This document shows positions 28,443 to 38,029 of a DNA stretch of 64,000 bases, piece by piece; the first letter of the stretch is position 1; each line of letters starts with the position of its first letter. A program made the translations under genes and the position numbers. Under the pieces are notes generated by a model. That model was not told the DNA's origin, made no database searches, and worked only from the letters and a program-made list of their open reading frames with translations. Where the stretch lies: positions 53,071-117,070 of the forward strand of contig CAYNNZ010000001.1 in the NCBI GenBank assembly GCA_964398815.1, given 5' to 3'. The stretch is from an uncultured Candidatus Saccharibacteria bacterium (lineage in GTDB: Bacteria > Patescibacteriota > Minisyncoccia > Phycocordibacterales > Phycocordibacteraceae).

Positions 28443-29449
28443 GGTGATTTAGAAGCGGCGGTCGAATCGCGCGCGTATATAAGGGTGCCGAAGAAGTGCG
28501 ACCCAGGTTCCCCTTTGAATATTTCTACCTGTTCAGCTGCGTATACGCCGTAAAGTGTGACGAGTGATTGGGTGAATGCGTCCGCCTGATCGCCGTAATT
28601 TTCGATACCTATCATGCTGCGCACCGGGTCACTCTCAAGCACTGAAAGATCCGTGAGTGTTCCGGAAAGCAGCATGAGAGAGTTTGCAAGCGCGAGGTGC
28701 GCGGTTGCTGCTTCTTTCGGTACAGAAATCTTCATCAGGTCACGCGCAATGGCTGCGTACGCAACACCGTCCTGCCCAAGGCGCTTGAGAGCAGCGGCGT
28801 CTGAGTGTTGGGTACCTGCAACGAGGTCATCGAGCATGTCGCTTCCTGCCGGAGCAGGGTGCGCGAGGAATGCTGTTTGTGCATCCACGGCATACGTGCG
28901 AAGCGCGTCAGGACCTGTACCCTCAACATGTACTTGACCCTGATTGAATGCGTTCGCAACCTGATGTGCTGCACGCAGCTGCCCCACTGCCGCGACCACG
29001 AACTGCTCTATTTCTGCCGGAGTAGGAGGCTTGGCGCCGCGCTTTGAGATGTAGTCTGCAAAAAGCGTGCGCGAGAATTCTTCAGTTATCGTCTGCGGCT
29101 TTGCGTCAACGCCTGGGACGTCCTTTGCGGATACGGTCGTGGTCGTGGCGTTCGCGAACTTCGGCGCAACGAGACCCTGCGCTACCGCTTCCCCATCGGT
29201 CGCGGTCTGATTCACAGAGTGCGGGTTGTTCGGGTCCGTGCCGTAGAGCGCCTCTTCCCAATCAGGAAGGCCATCATTATCGGAATCCTTTGCGGCGTAT
29301 GAAACCAGCAAGTCATGAGTGGATTCTGCGCCTGCAGTATTGAAGAATCGGAATGGAAGCGGACCTGAAATCATCACGGCGACTACAATCAAGCCGAGTG
29401 CCAGTACTCCTGATGCTGCTATAGCGATTGTGCGACGAGAATAAGCCAC
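28439..29449 (-). CDS. membrane-anchored hypothetical protein with a thrombospondin-type-3-like Ca-binding motif (first gene of the T4SS-like operon)
   Basis: N-terminal TM helix. Motif DSDNDGLPDWEEALYGTDPNNP. Its start overlaps the previous gene by 4 nt (ATGA). Confidence 0.5.
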   Translation of the reverse strand: MAYSRRTIAIAASGVLALGLIVVAVMISGPLPFRFFNTAGAESTHDLLVSYAAKDSDNDGLPDWEEALYGTDPNNPHSVNQTATDGEAVAQGLVAPKFANATTTTVSAKDVPGVDAKPQTITEEFSRTLFADYISKRGAKPPTPAEIEQFVVAAVGQLRAAHQVANAFNQGQVHVEGTGPDALRTYAVDAQTAFLAHPAPAGSDMLDDLVAGTQHSDAAALKRLGQDGVAYAAIARDLMKISVPKEAATAHLALANSLMLLSGTLTDLSVLESDPVRSMIGIENYGDQADAFTQSLVTLYGVYAAEQVEIFKGEPGSHFFGTLIYARDSTAASKSP

Positions 29450-29547
29450 GGTATGTAAAAAAATAGTAGCACGCAGGCGGTATTTTCACGGTCGCGATGC
29501 GCGAGAGGTGTGCATTGTGCACAGCTTCTTCACGCGTTATCCCAAGC

Positions 29548-30327
29548 TTATCCCCCGATTTGTCCCGAAAGCAAAATCCAATCGGTGAGCGCTACGTCCT
29601 CCGCACGCTCGTTTACATCGAGACCCACGACTTCCATGGCGTCTTTGATTATTTCTGGCTCTGCTACTGCTTCTAGGTTTTTTGCGAGCCGTTTCCTTTT
29701 ATGAGCGAATCCGGCATGAAGAATTTCAAAAAACCTTGATTCTGCAGCCTCGTTCGCGAACGGCGTATGGACGTCGCGTATAGAAAGCACCGCCGAATCT
29801 ACATTTGGAGCAGGCCGGAATGCGCCACGCGGCACGGTAAACATGTATTTAGGCGCCCCGTACGCCTTCACTGAAAGCGAAAGCAGGCTTTCTTTCTCGC
29901 TTCGTGCCACTCGCTCCGCCACCTCTTTCTGCACAAGGAGCGTTACTGAAGCAGGCTTGTTGCGGGCTGTCAGGAGCGTCCTAATTATCTCTCCAGTGAT
30001 GTAATACGGGATATTTGCTACCACGTGGTACCCGTTAGGCAGTGAAGAGAGGCTGAATGTTCGGAAGTCGCCATGCACAATACGAAGCCTTTTGGCCCCT
30101 ATTTCCTTTACGAACGCTCGTTCGAGGATCGGTATCAGCTCTGCGTCCGTTTCAATCGCTACCACCGTGCCTGCTCGGGCAAGTAGCGCCCGGGTAAGCA
30201 TGCCGGTCCCGGGACCTATCTCAAGAACCACTGATTTTTTGTCGAGGTGGGCCGAATCAGCGATGCGTTCGGCTGTCGCCTGATGCATGAGGAAGTTCTG
30301 GCCGAGCGCTTTTTTCGGTGCAGGCAT
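29548..30327 (-). CDS. rsmA: 16S rRNA (adenine1518/1519-N6)-dimethyltransferase
   Basis: KKALGQNFLMHQATAERIADSA...VLEIGPGTGMLTRALL is the SAM-binding motif of KsgA/RsmA. Confidence 0.9.
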   Translation of the reverse strand: MPAPKKALGQNFLMHQATAERIADSAHLDKKSVVLEIGPGTGMLTRALLARAGTVVAIETDAELIPILERAFVKEIGAKRLRIVHGDFRTFSLSSLPNGYHVVANIPYYITGEIIRTLLTARNKPASVTLLVQKEVAERVARSEKESLLSLSVKAYGAPKYMFTVPRGAFRPAPNVDSAVLSIRDVHTPFANEAAESRFFEILHAGFAHKRKRLAKNLEAVAEPEIIKDAMEVVGLDVNERAEDVALTDWILLSGQIGG

Positions 30328-30356
30328 TATCTACCTAATATAAGGTATAGATTTTC

Positions 30357-32279
30357 TCAGATATGTATCACTCGTTCGTGGTCTTCCTCCCCGTAGTGCA
30401 CCTCTATAAGTCCGGCATCGATATCATGCAGAAAAGTCGAAGGCTCGTTTAAGTAGTCAGTACCATATATGCGTCTCACTCGAGCCATCGTGAAAATAAG
30501 ATGCTCGCGCGCCCGGGTCATGGCGACATAGAACAAGCGACGCTCCTCTTCCTCGTCTCGCTCCTCTTCCTGATTCATGCCTTCGTGCGGGAAGAGTCCT
30601 TCTTCCATTCCTGAAACAAATACCGCATCGAACTCAAGCCCTTTCGCTGCATGTACGGTCATGAGTGTCACGCCCTTCTTATTTTTCTCATTTGTCTGAG
30701 GACGGTCGAGTTCGTCCTGGTCGCCCGCAAGTGCGGTGTCGGCGAGGAATGCGTCGAGCCCTTCGGTGCCTGGGGTGTGGTCGTAGCGACTTGCAAGCGT
30801 TGCGAGCTCGCGTGCGTTCTCCAGTCGCTCCTGATCGTCCTCTCCTCCCTTCTCGAGCACAGCACCGAGTCCTGAAAGTTCGATAACACGACGCACGAAT
30901 GCAGACGGCGGCGCACTCTTACTTTCTTCGTGTAGTGTTGCGACAACGCTTTCAAATGCATCAATCTTCGAACGCGTTGCTGCCGGTATCCCCTCCAGTT
31001 TTCCGGACGCCATTTTCGCGAGTGTTACTTTTCCGATGCCGCGGGACGGCGCCTGCACTGCACGCACTCGGTCGCTTGCGCGTGCTGGGTCAAGTGCAAG
31101 CCTCACCCAAGCAATCACATCCTTCACTTCCTTACGGTCAAGAAACCGCGTACCTAAGAGCCGATACGGGATGTTATGGGCGAGGAATGCTTCCTCGAGC
31201 ACGCGCGACTGGAAGTTCGTGCGATAGAGCACGGCGATGGATTCTGGAGCCATGCCACCACGGATGAATTGCATCGATTCTCTTGCAATGAATCGCGCCT
31301 CCTGCTCGGCAGTATCAGAAACATGCAGACGTATTGGTGGCCCGTCAGGGTTATCAGTCACTGCGCGCTTCTCTTTGCGGTTTCGATTCTTCTCAATAAC
31401 TCCATTAGCTGCCGCAACAATGTTTCCGGTCGAACGATAATTGTGTTCGAGCACGATGGTCTTCGCTTCAGGATATGTTTCATCGAACGCGAGGAGATTA
31501 TCGATGGTTGCGCCACGCCACGTGTAGATAGTCTGGTCGATGTCACCCACCACAAACAAGTTGCGATGCTTCGCTGCGAGCAGATTCGCGAGTCTGCCTT
31601 GCAGTTCGTTCGTGTCTTGATACTCATCCACGTGGATGTAGTCGAATCGATTCTGCGCGAGTTCGCGCGCTTCAGCGTTTCCTTCCAGAAGCGCAACCGG
31701 CTTTGCGATGAGGTCATCGAAATCAAGTCCCTTTTCTCGCTCGAGCGCCGCATCGTATTTGAGCCACACCTCTCCGGTAATGCGTGAGCGGAATCCTTCT
31801 CCGCCATGCTTTGCACGGAACTCGTTCGCGGTCATTCCCTCCCCTTTTGCTTTGCTGATGCGGGACAGTATCGCCCGCGAAGGAACCTCCTTCGGGTCGA
31901 TATCCATTTCTTTGAGTGCTTCTTTGATGGCACGTTCCGAGTCATCCCTATCCCACACGCTGAAGTAGCGCGGGACACCTATGGCGCGGCCGTAGGATTG
32001 CAGAAGTTCGCGCCCAAGACCATGGAATGTAGCGACGAACGGCAGAGTCCCGCCGTGAATGATGTCGGCAAGACGCTCACGCATCTCGCGGGCTGCCTTG
32101 TTGGTGAAAGTGACTGCCAGGATGCGCTCCGGAGGCGTCCCCTCCTTTATTAGGTGGTAGATGCGGGTGGTCAGGACCCTCGTTTTCCCCGAACCGGCGC
32201 CTGCGAGGACTGAAATCGGACCCAATGTCGCGAGGACTGCCTCCTCTTGTTTGGTGTTCAGGCCGGCAAGGTGCTGCAT
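30357..32279 (-). CDS. uvrD: UvrD/PcrA/Rep-family superfamily 1 DNA helicase
   Basis: Motif I AGAGSGKTRVLT, motif II DEYQDTN, and the C-terminal motifs VTLMTVHAAKGLEFD and RRLFYVAMTRA. Confidence 0.9.
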   Translation of the reverse strand: MQHLAGLNTKQEEAVLATLGPISVLAGAGSGKTRVLTTRIYHLIKEGTPPERILAVTFTNKAAREMRERLADIIHGGTLPFVATFHGLGRELLQSYGRAIGVPRYFSVWDRDDSERAIKEALKEMDIDPKEVPSRAILSRISKAKGEGMTANEFRAKHGGEGFRSRITGEVWLKYDAALEREKGLDFDDLIAKPVALLEGNAEARELAQNRFDYIHVDEYQDTNELQGRLANLLAAKHRNLFVVGDIDQTIYTWRGATIDNLLAFDETYPEAKTIVLEHNYRSTGNIVAAANGVIEKNRNRKEKRAVTDNPDGPPIRLHVSDTAEQEARFIARESMQFIRGGMAPESIAVLYRTNFQSRVLEEAFLAHNIPYRLLGTRFLDRKEVKDVIAWVRLALDPARASDRVRAVQAPSRGIGKVTLAKMASGKLEGIPAATRSKIDAFESVVATLHEESKSAPPSAFVRRVIELSGLGAVLEKGGEDDQERLENARELATLASRYDHTPGTEGLDAFLADTALAGDQDELDRPQTNEKNKKGVTLMTVHAAKGLEFDAVFVSGMEEGLFPHEGMNQEEERDEEEERRLFYVAMTRAREHLIFTMARVRRIYGTDYLNEPSTFLHDIDAGLIEVHYGEEDHERVIHI

Positions 32280-32395
32280 CAGAAGACTATACCGCGAGGC
32301 GTTTGTTCCCCCTACAAATAAAGCAATAATTACGCCACGAAATTGACGTATTCACCTAATTTTCAGTTATCTACATTCATGAATTTTTCGTGTTG

Positions 32396-32423
32396 ACCCC
32401 CCTTCCGGAGAGGGTATACTGGC
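32396..32423 (+). promoter_or_regulatory. sigma70-type promoter for the M23 peptidase gene
   Basis: TTGACC, a 16-nt spacer, then TATACT (GTGTTGACCCCCCTTCCGGAGAGGGTATACTGGCC). Confidence 0.5.
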
Positions 32424-32487
32424 CGAGTACTGGATACGCCGATACCCAAGGATGGCTTTGTTTTAAGCCATTTTGTATTTATGAAGA

Positions 32488-33594
32488 TTGACTGAACTTC
32501 CTTCCTTTTCCATTTCGTCATTCAATAAACCTTCCGATTCCTCCACTCGCTCGCAGAATCGGAATGCATACTGGGCCTCAGGCGTAAGCGCTCTCGCAGC
32601 ACTCGCCGCAGGTGCCTCCCTGCTCGCTCTTCCCATCGCCACCAGCGCGTTCTGGCCTTTTTCAACACCTGCCCTCGCGGCAAATCCTGGCGGTGAACCG
32701 CCTCTTATACATGACAGCAGTCTCGCGCTTCTCGAGGCAGCAGTGAACTCCGACCCGAATCCCCAAAAGGGCGATGCGGGTCTTGTGCTTACTGAGGATT
32801 CAGCCCTCATGGCTAACTCCGGACCTGATGGCACCGTAGTGGATATCGAGCACGGCACCGTGGGTGGAGAAATCAGCACCTATACGGTCGTGGCGGGCGA
32901 TACCTTCTCCGAAATCGCTTCGAAGAACGGCATTTCTGTTAATACAGTCCTCTGGGCAAACAACCTGACCAGCAAATCTACCCTGAAGCCAGGTCAGACC
33001 CTCGTTATCCTTCCGGTGACTGGTATCGAGCACACGGTGCAGAAGGGCGAGACCATCGCCTCGGTCGCGAAGAAGTACGGCGGCAGTGTGGAAGACATCA
33101 TCGCGTACAACGCGCTCGAGTCAGACACGCTTACGGTCGGCGACAAGATAATCATCCCTGACGGCGAGCCAGCAGCAGCTCCGGTAAAGACAGCCGTTAA
33201 GATTTCGACTACAGCAAAGAAGAGCGTCAGTCTCCCTTCTGTGTCTGGATTCTCGAATCCTGTCCCATCAGGCATCTGCACCCAGGGTCCGCACGGCAAC
33301 AATGGTGTCGATATCGGTGCACATGCGGGCGCTCCTATCTATGCAGCAGCGGCAGGTACGGTCATCATTGCGGCTGACAATGGCGGATGGAACGGCGGCT
33401 TCGGAAACTACGTCGTAATCAACCACGCAAACGGAACGCAGACGCTCTACGCACATATGACAAGCACCGCGACCTCGGTCGGCGCATCCGTCGGTAAGGG
33501 CGACCTCATCGGCTACGTGGGCATGACCGGTAAGGCGACGGGCAATCATCTCCATTTTGAAGTGCATAAAGCCGCGAATCCGTTCTGCCGCTAG
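32488..33594 (+). CDS. LysM-domain M23 family metallopeptidase (peptidoglycan endopeptidase)
   Basis: Two LysM repeats (YTVVAGDTFSEIASKNGISVNTVLWANNL; HTVQKGETIASVAKKYGGSVEDIIAYNAL). M23 motifs HGNNGVDIGA ... HLHFEV. Confidence 0.85.
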   Translation: MTELPSFSISSFNKPSDSSTRSQNRNAYWASGVSALAALAAGASLLALPIATSAFWPFSTPALAANPGGEPPLIHDSSLALLEAAVNSDPNPQKGDAGLVLTEDSALMANSGPDGTVVDIEHGTVGGEISTYTVVAGDTFSEIASKNGISVNTVLWANNLTSKSTLKPGQTLVILPVTGIEHTVQKGETIASVAKKYGGSVEDIIAYNALESDTLTVGDKIIIPDGEPAAAPVKTAVKISTTAKKSVSLPSVSGFSNPVPSGICTQGPHGNNGVDIGAHAGAPIYAAAAGTVIIAADNGGWNGGFGNYVVINHANGTQTLYAHMTSTATSVGASVGKGDLIGYVGMTGKATGNHLHFEVHKAANPFCR

Positions 33595-33617
33595 GCTTGG
33601 CACTAGCACGCGGAAAT

Positions 33618-33648
33618 TCAAAAGGGTCCCCAACGGGACCCTTTTGAA
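33618..33648. terminator. bidirectional terminator inside a longer imperfect palindrome
   Basis: GGGTCCC-CAAC-GGGACCC flanked by A/T runs. Arms extend imperfectly over about 33597-33664. Confidence 0.5.
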
Positions 33649-33655
33649 TTTCACG

Positions 33656-33901
33656 CTAGTTGCTTGCACCTGCCCCACCTGATGCACTGCCGCCAGAAGG
33701 TGCACCTCCGCCCGTGCCGCCTCCCACGTTTACTGGGATGGTAACGGACGGACCCGTGCTTCCGGAGGGGCGGCCGAATGCGCCCTGTCCGAAGACGAAG
33801 AACGCGAGTATGCCGAGCACGATTATGGCAAGGACGATGATGGCCACCGACCATCCGCCTCCTCCGTTTGCGTCGCTCGGGTTGTTGATGACTGTTGCCA
33901 T
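33656..33901 (-). CDS. hypothetical small membrane protein with a Gly-rich tail
   Basis: 81 aa. One TM helix (WSVAIIVLAIIVLGILAFFVF) followed by a G/S/A-rich tail. Terminator immediately downstream. Confidence 0.35.
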   Translation of the reverse strand: MATVINNPSDANGGGGWSVAIIVLAIIVLGILAFFVFGQGAFGRPSGSTGPSVTIPVNVGGGTGGGAPSGGSASGGAGASN

Positions 33902-33989
33902 AGGGTTCGATAGTTACTTAGAGATGCTGATAAGCCTACGTATATAACGCGACCGATACTGAAAATCGCATGAATGGTAGAATCGCCCC

Positions 33990-34865
33990 ATGTCCCGCCC
34001 CTCTCCTCTTATACTCGCGCTCGGTGTTGGGGCTGCGGCCCTCGTGCTTGCCGGGCTCGGGTACGGAGGGTACGTAACGCGCAATGCGTTTACGAATCTT
34101 TCGAATGAGTTGGCGACGACCACAGCAGCGAGGAATACGCTTGCAGATGAGCTTGCTCAAGCGCGCGAGGAGAATATGGAATTGTCGCAACGACTTGCGG
34201 ACGAGCTCGCAAAGAACACGACCTTTGAAAATCAAATCAGCGATATTGCGAGCACGGTCGGGACGCTCACCAAACTTTCGCAGACGGATAAGGAACTGCT
34301 ACAGAAGTATTCACGCGTTTACTTCCTGAATGAGAATTATGTGCCGTCGGATTTGACCGTGATTGATTCGAGCCGCCTCCTGCAGCCCGAGCGCAGCATC
34401 ACCTTCCACGCAAAGGCACTCCCCTACTTGCTTCGCATGCTCGACGACGCGAACGATGCAGGCGCTCCCATTCTCGTCATTTCTGCATACCGTTCGTTCG
34501 CAGAACAAAAAGCACTCAAGGGAAATTACGTACTCACCTATGGAACGGGTGCGAACAAATTCTCTGCCGATCAAGGGTACTCGGAGCATCAGCTCGGCAC
34601 GACTGCTGACCTGACCACAAAGGCTATCGCCGGAACATCCATCGCCTTCGCGTCCTCGACGGCAGGAGAGTGGCTCGCGGAGCATGCGTGGGAGTACGGC
34701 TTCATACTTTCCTACCCCAAAGGAAACACATACTATCAATACGAGCCGTGGCACTGGCGGTTCGTGGGCACCGCACTTGCGCGCCAGTTGCACGAGACTG
34801 GGAAACGCTTCTATGACCTGCCGCAGCGCGAAATCGACACCTATCTCGCGGCGATATTCGACTAA
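33990..34865 (+). CDS. peptidase M15 family D-alanyl-D-alanine carboxypeptidase (VanY-like), membrane-anchored
   Basis: N-terminal TM helix. Motifs SAYRSFAEQ, SEHQLGTTADL and EPWHW, typical of VanY/M15B. Confidence 0.75.
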   Translation: MSRPSPLILALGVGAAALVLAGLGYGGYVTRNAFTNLSNELATTTAARNTLADELAQAREENMELSQRLADELAKNTTFENQISDIASTVGTLTKLSQTDKELLQKYSRVYFLNENYVPSDLTVIDSSRLLQPERSITFHAKALPYLLRMLDDANDAGAPILVISAYRSFAEQKALKGNYVLTYGTGANKFSADQGYSEHQLGTTADLTTKAIAGTSIAFASSTAGEWLAEHAWEYGFILSYPKGNTYYQYEPWHWRFVGTALARQLHETGKRFYDLPQREIDTYLAAIFD

Positions 34866-34927
34866 CCGGAACCGAGCGAATCAGGGGATATGGTGGGCGT
34901 ATACTACAGGCACTAATCAATTTACGT

Positions 34928-35521
34928 ATGCAGTATCAAGCACGCACGTTCGCACTCCCTGAACTCAAGGGACTATCCAAGAAACAAATTGACGTTCACC
35001 TCGCCCTCTACGAGGGCTACGTGAAAAACATAAACCTGCTCATGGCGACCATTGCCGCGTACCAGAAAACGGAGGACGAGGGTGGTAAGTATGCAATTGC
35101 CGAAATGCGACGCCGTCTCGGGTTCGAGTTCGACGGCATGCGCATGCATGAATATTATTTCGAACAGTTCGAAGGTGAACGCGGAGGTGACCCTGAATCA
35201 GCACTGGCTAAGTGCGCCGCAGAGCGCTACGGAAGCGGCGATGAATTCATTGCGCACATTAAACAGGTTGCCGGCACGCGTGGCATCGGCTGGACGGTCG
35301 TGTACTACGACCCTGCTGTGAAATCCATTCATACCGCGTGGGTCGATGACCATCAGGTGGGACAGCTCGCTGGTCTTCCGATTATTCTCGCGCTCGACAT
35401 GTGGGAGCACGCCTACATGGTGGACTACGTTCCAGCCGATAAGAAGAATTACGTGGACGCGTTTCTTGATAACGTGAACTGGACCGTTATCGAGGAGCGG
35501 TTCGAGCGCGCAGCAGCCTAA
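34928..35521 (+). CDS. Fe/Mn-family superoxide dismutase (divergent)
   Basis: C-terminal signature DMWEHAYMVDY. An N-terminal His-containing helix (DVHLALYEGYV) and MHEYYFEQ are present. Confidence 0.8.
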   Translation: MQYQARTFALPELKGLSKKQIDVHLALYEGYVKNINLLMATIAAYQKTEDEGGKYAIAEMRRRLGFEFDGMRMHEYYFEQFEGERGGDPESALAKCAAERYGSGDEFIAHIKQVAGTRGIGWTVVYYDPAVKSIHTAWVDDHQVGQLAGLPIILALDMWEHAYMVDYVPADKKNYVDAFLDNVNWTVIEERFERAAA

Positions 35522-35522
35522 C

Positions 35523-36392
35523 TCATTTCACGACGAGTGTCTGCCCGTCGCTTACGAATCGAATGGTGCCTGCATCCATGGTTGAAAGGATGCGGGCACC
35601 TTCTTTATGTACCCGCTCAAGCGTCTCCTGATTCGGATGGCCGTAGGAATTTCCCTTGCCTGCTGAGATGACGACATAGGAGGGGTGCACTGCCGAAAGC
35701 CACAGACTGTCGGTCGAGTACTTCGAGCCGTGGTGACCGGCTTTGAGTACGTCGCTTGCGAGTTCCCCGTCAGTCCCATCGAGCGCAACCAGATAATCCT
35801 CGAAGGTGCTCGGCAGGTCGCCCGTAAGCATGAATGACGTGGAACCATACACGACGTGCAACACGACTGACCCGTCGTTCGTCACGGTCTGTGCCGACTC
35901 ATCGCGGTCGGGAAACAGGACGTCTGCATACGCACCACCACCCAAATGGATGCGCATGCCACGACGGAGCGTCACCTGTGTGGCACCCGGCTCGTTCGCT
36001 GCAAGTTCCATCACGTGAGCGGACACATCGGTTTTGTCCGGGATGCCCGGCGACGCGAATTTGCGCACCCGGTATCGCTCGAACACGTCCGCGAGCCCTG
36101 CGATATGGTCCTTGTCGGGGTGCGTCTCGACCACCACATCGATGGAGCGATCGAACGGAAGCATGACGGACGAGAGGCGACGCAACACTGACCGGTCCGG
36201 CCCTCCGTCGATGAGCATCTGGATTCCAGTCGGGCCTGTTATGAAAATCGAATCACCCTGACCCACATCGAGGAATGAAACAGTCAGATGCGGCTGTCGC
36301 GGTATGAATATGAAACCGAATACGGCGACATTAGCCGCAACCAATACGATAACAGTGAGCGCGTAGAGAAGCCGTCGCCCCGAATCATTCAT
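35523..36392 (-). CDS. ComEC/Rec2-related metallo-beta-lactamase domain protein (standalone MBL domain with N-terminal TM anchor)
   Basis: LDVGQGDSIFITGPTGIQMLIDGGPD and HPDKDHIAGL motifs match the ComEC C-terminal MBL domain. At 289 aa it lacks the channel domain. Confidence 0.65.
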   Translation of the reverse strand: MNDSGRRLLYALTVIVLVAANVAVFGFIFIPRQPHLTVSFLDVGQGDSIFITGPTGIQMLIDGGPDRSVLRRLSSVMLPFDRSIDVVVETHPDKDHIAGLADVFERYRVRKFASPGIPDKTDVSAHVMELAANEPGATQVTLRRGMRIHLGGGAYADVLFPDRDESAQTVTNDGSVVLHVVYGSTSFMLTGDLPSTFEDYLVALDGTDGELASDVLKAGHHGSKYSTDSLWLSAVHPSYVVISAGKGNSYGHPNQETLERVHKEGARILSTMDAGTIRFVSDGQTLVVK

Positions 36393-36409
36393 ATCGCGAG
36401 CGTATCACG

Positions 36410-38005
36410 CTACTGCCATCCGAATGCGCCGCGCGGTCGGTAGTGAAGTGCCTCAAGTACATGAGCGCTCGTAACTGGTGTGGAACCGGAAAGGTCAGCG
36501 ATAGTCCGGGCGACGCGCATGACACGATGGTAGGCGCGCGGAGAAAGATCGAGACGTGAGGCGGCAGAGAGCAGAGTGTCCTTTGCCGTCTGTTCGAAGA
36601 GACTCTCGTCTTCGAGCTGTTTTCCATTCAGTCGTGCGTTTGCCGCGTTAGCATCCCCGGTTCGTTCGCGTGCTTTCGCGCGCGCCGCATGGACTCGAGC
36701 GCGGACGTCGTCTGATGACTCTCCCTCGCCAAGACCGGCAAGCGTCTCGTGGGGCACGTGCGGGACTTCCACCCATAAATCGAGGCGGTCAGCGATAGGG
36801 CGTGAAATCTTTCGGGCCTGCTTCGCGGCTTGGCGCACCGCCACGTCACGATCAACTGAAAGTGTGTCCGCCGGATTCATAGCGGCCACCACCATACAGT
36901 CTGCGGGAAACGTTATCGTCGCGCGAGCGCGTGACACCGTTACTTCCCTATCCTCAAGCGGCTGACGAAGTGCCTCCAGAGTCCGAACATCAAATTCAGG
37001 AAACTCATCCAGGAACAGGACTCCTTTATGTGCGAGCGTCACCTCTCCTGCTTTGGGATATGCGCCGCCACCGACCATCGCGGTATGAGAGATGGTGTGA
37101 TGTGGTGCGCGGAACGGCGGATGATACAGTGCCTCGCCTTTTAGAGTTCCGGCAGTTGAGTGAATGGCGGTAACTTCAAGCACCTCGTCCTCCGTGAGTT
37201 CCGGTAGTATCCCGGTAAGCGCTCGCGCAAGCATGGTCTTTCCGGTTCCGGGTGGCCCGTAGAGCACTAGGTTATGTCTTCCTGCTGCTGCGATTTCAAG
37301 TGCGCGCTTTGCGCTCTCCTGTCCTTTCACGTGCGCGAGGTCAATCGACGGCGCAAGTGTAGGACGAGTTTCGTCTCGTACGCTCGGTGTAATGAATGTT
37401 TCGCCACGCAGATGCGCGACGAGTTCTGCAAGTGTGGTCGGCGCATACACGATGACGTCGCCTGCAAGCAGTGCCTCGGTCGCGTTACCGGGTGGCACGA
37501 AGACGTGGCGAATGCCGGCGCTTTTGGCGCGCGCCACCTGTGGCAAGATTCCACGAACCGTGCGAAGCGTACCATCGAGCGCGAGCTCTCCGGCAAATAG
37601 CGCCGGTTCTTTAGGCATCGGCAGTTCGCCGCTTGCAGCGAGATAGCAGAGTGCGAGTGGCACGTCATAGTGCGAGCCTTCCTTCTTCAAATCTGCGGGC
37701 GCGAGCGAAAGGATGACTCTCTTGTTTTCTGCCTTTGGAGATTTAAATCCGCTGTGCCTGATTGCGGCCGAGATGCGGTCGCGCGCTTCTTCGACTGCCT
37801 TATCGGGAAGGCCGACGATGGAAAAGGAATGCAGTCCGCGAGTCAGGTCGGCTTCGATGGTCACGAGTTCAGCAACGGCACCAAGCGGCTGTGCCGCCGT
37901 GAGCGTGCCGTATCCATGGGTCTCTATTTTTTGATGTGGAGCGGAGCGAGCGGCCACCGCTGCATTGTAGCCCATAAGAAATGGCGGACCACGAGGGTCC
38001 GCCAT
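36410..38005 (-). CDS. comM: YifB/ComM-family Mg-chelatase-like AAA+ ATPase
   Basis: N-terminal Lon-like domain. Walker [16 protein letters not shown], Walker [11 protein letters not shown]-terminal Mg-chelatase ChlI-like region. Confidence 0.85.
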   Translation of the reverse strand: MADPRGPPFLMGYNAAVAARSAPHQKIETHGYGTLTAAQPLGAVAELVTIEADLTRGLHSFSIVGLPDKAVEEARDRISAAIRHSGFKSPKAENKRVILSLAPADLKKEGSHYDVPLALCYLAASGELPMPKEPALFAGELALDGTLRTVRGILPQVARAKSAGIRHVFVPPGNATEALLAGDVIVYAPTTLAELVAHLRGETFITPSVRDETRPTLAPSIDLAHVKGQESAKRALEIAAAGRHNLVLYGPPGTGKTMLARALTGILPELTEDEVLEVTAIHSTAGTLKGEALYHPPFRAPHHTISHTAMVGGGAYPKAGEVTLAHKGVLFLDEFPEFDVRTLEALRQPLEDREVTVSRARATITFPADCMVVAAMNPADTLSVDRDVAVRQAAKQARKISRPIADRLDLWVEVPHVPHETLAGLGEGESSDDVRARVHAARAKARERTGDANAANARLNGKQLEDESLFEQTAKDTLLSAASRLDLSPRAYHRVMRVARTIADLSGSTPVTSAHVLEALHYRPRGAFGWQ

Positions 38006-38029
38006 TTCTCTTTACCCAGACGCTAATTT

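Noticed and set aside
33656-33901. Gly-rich 81-aa ORF as a glycine-rich bacteriocin or cell-wall protein
   Set aside because: It is retained only as a low-confidence small membrane protein. The G/S/A-rich tail could equally be low-complexity translation of GC-rich DNA.
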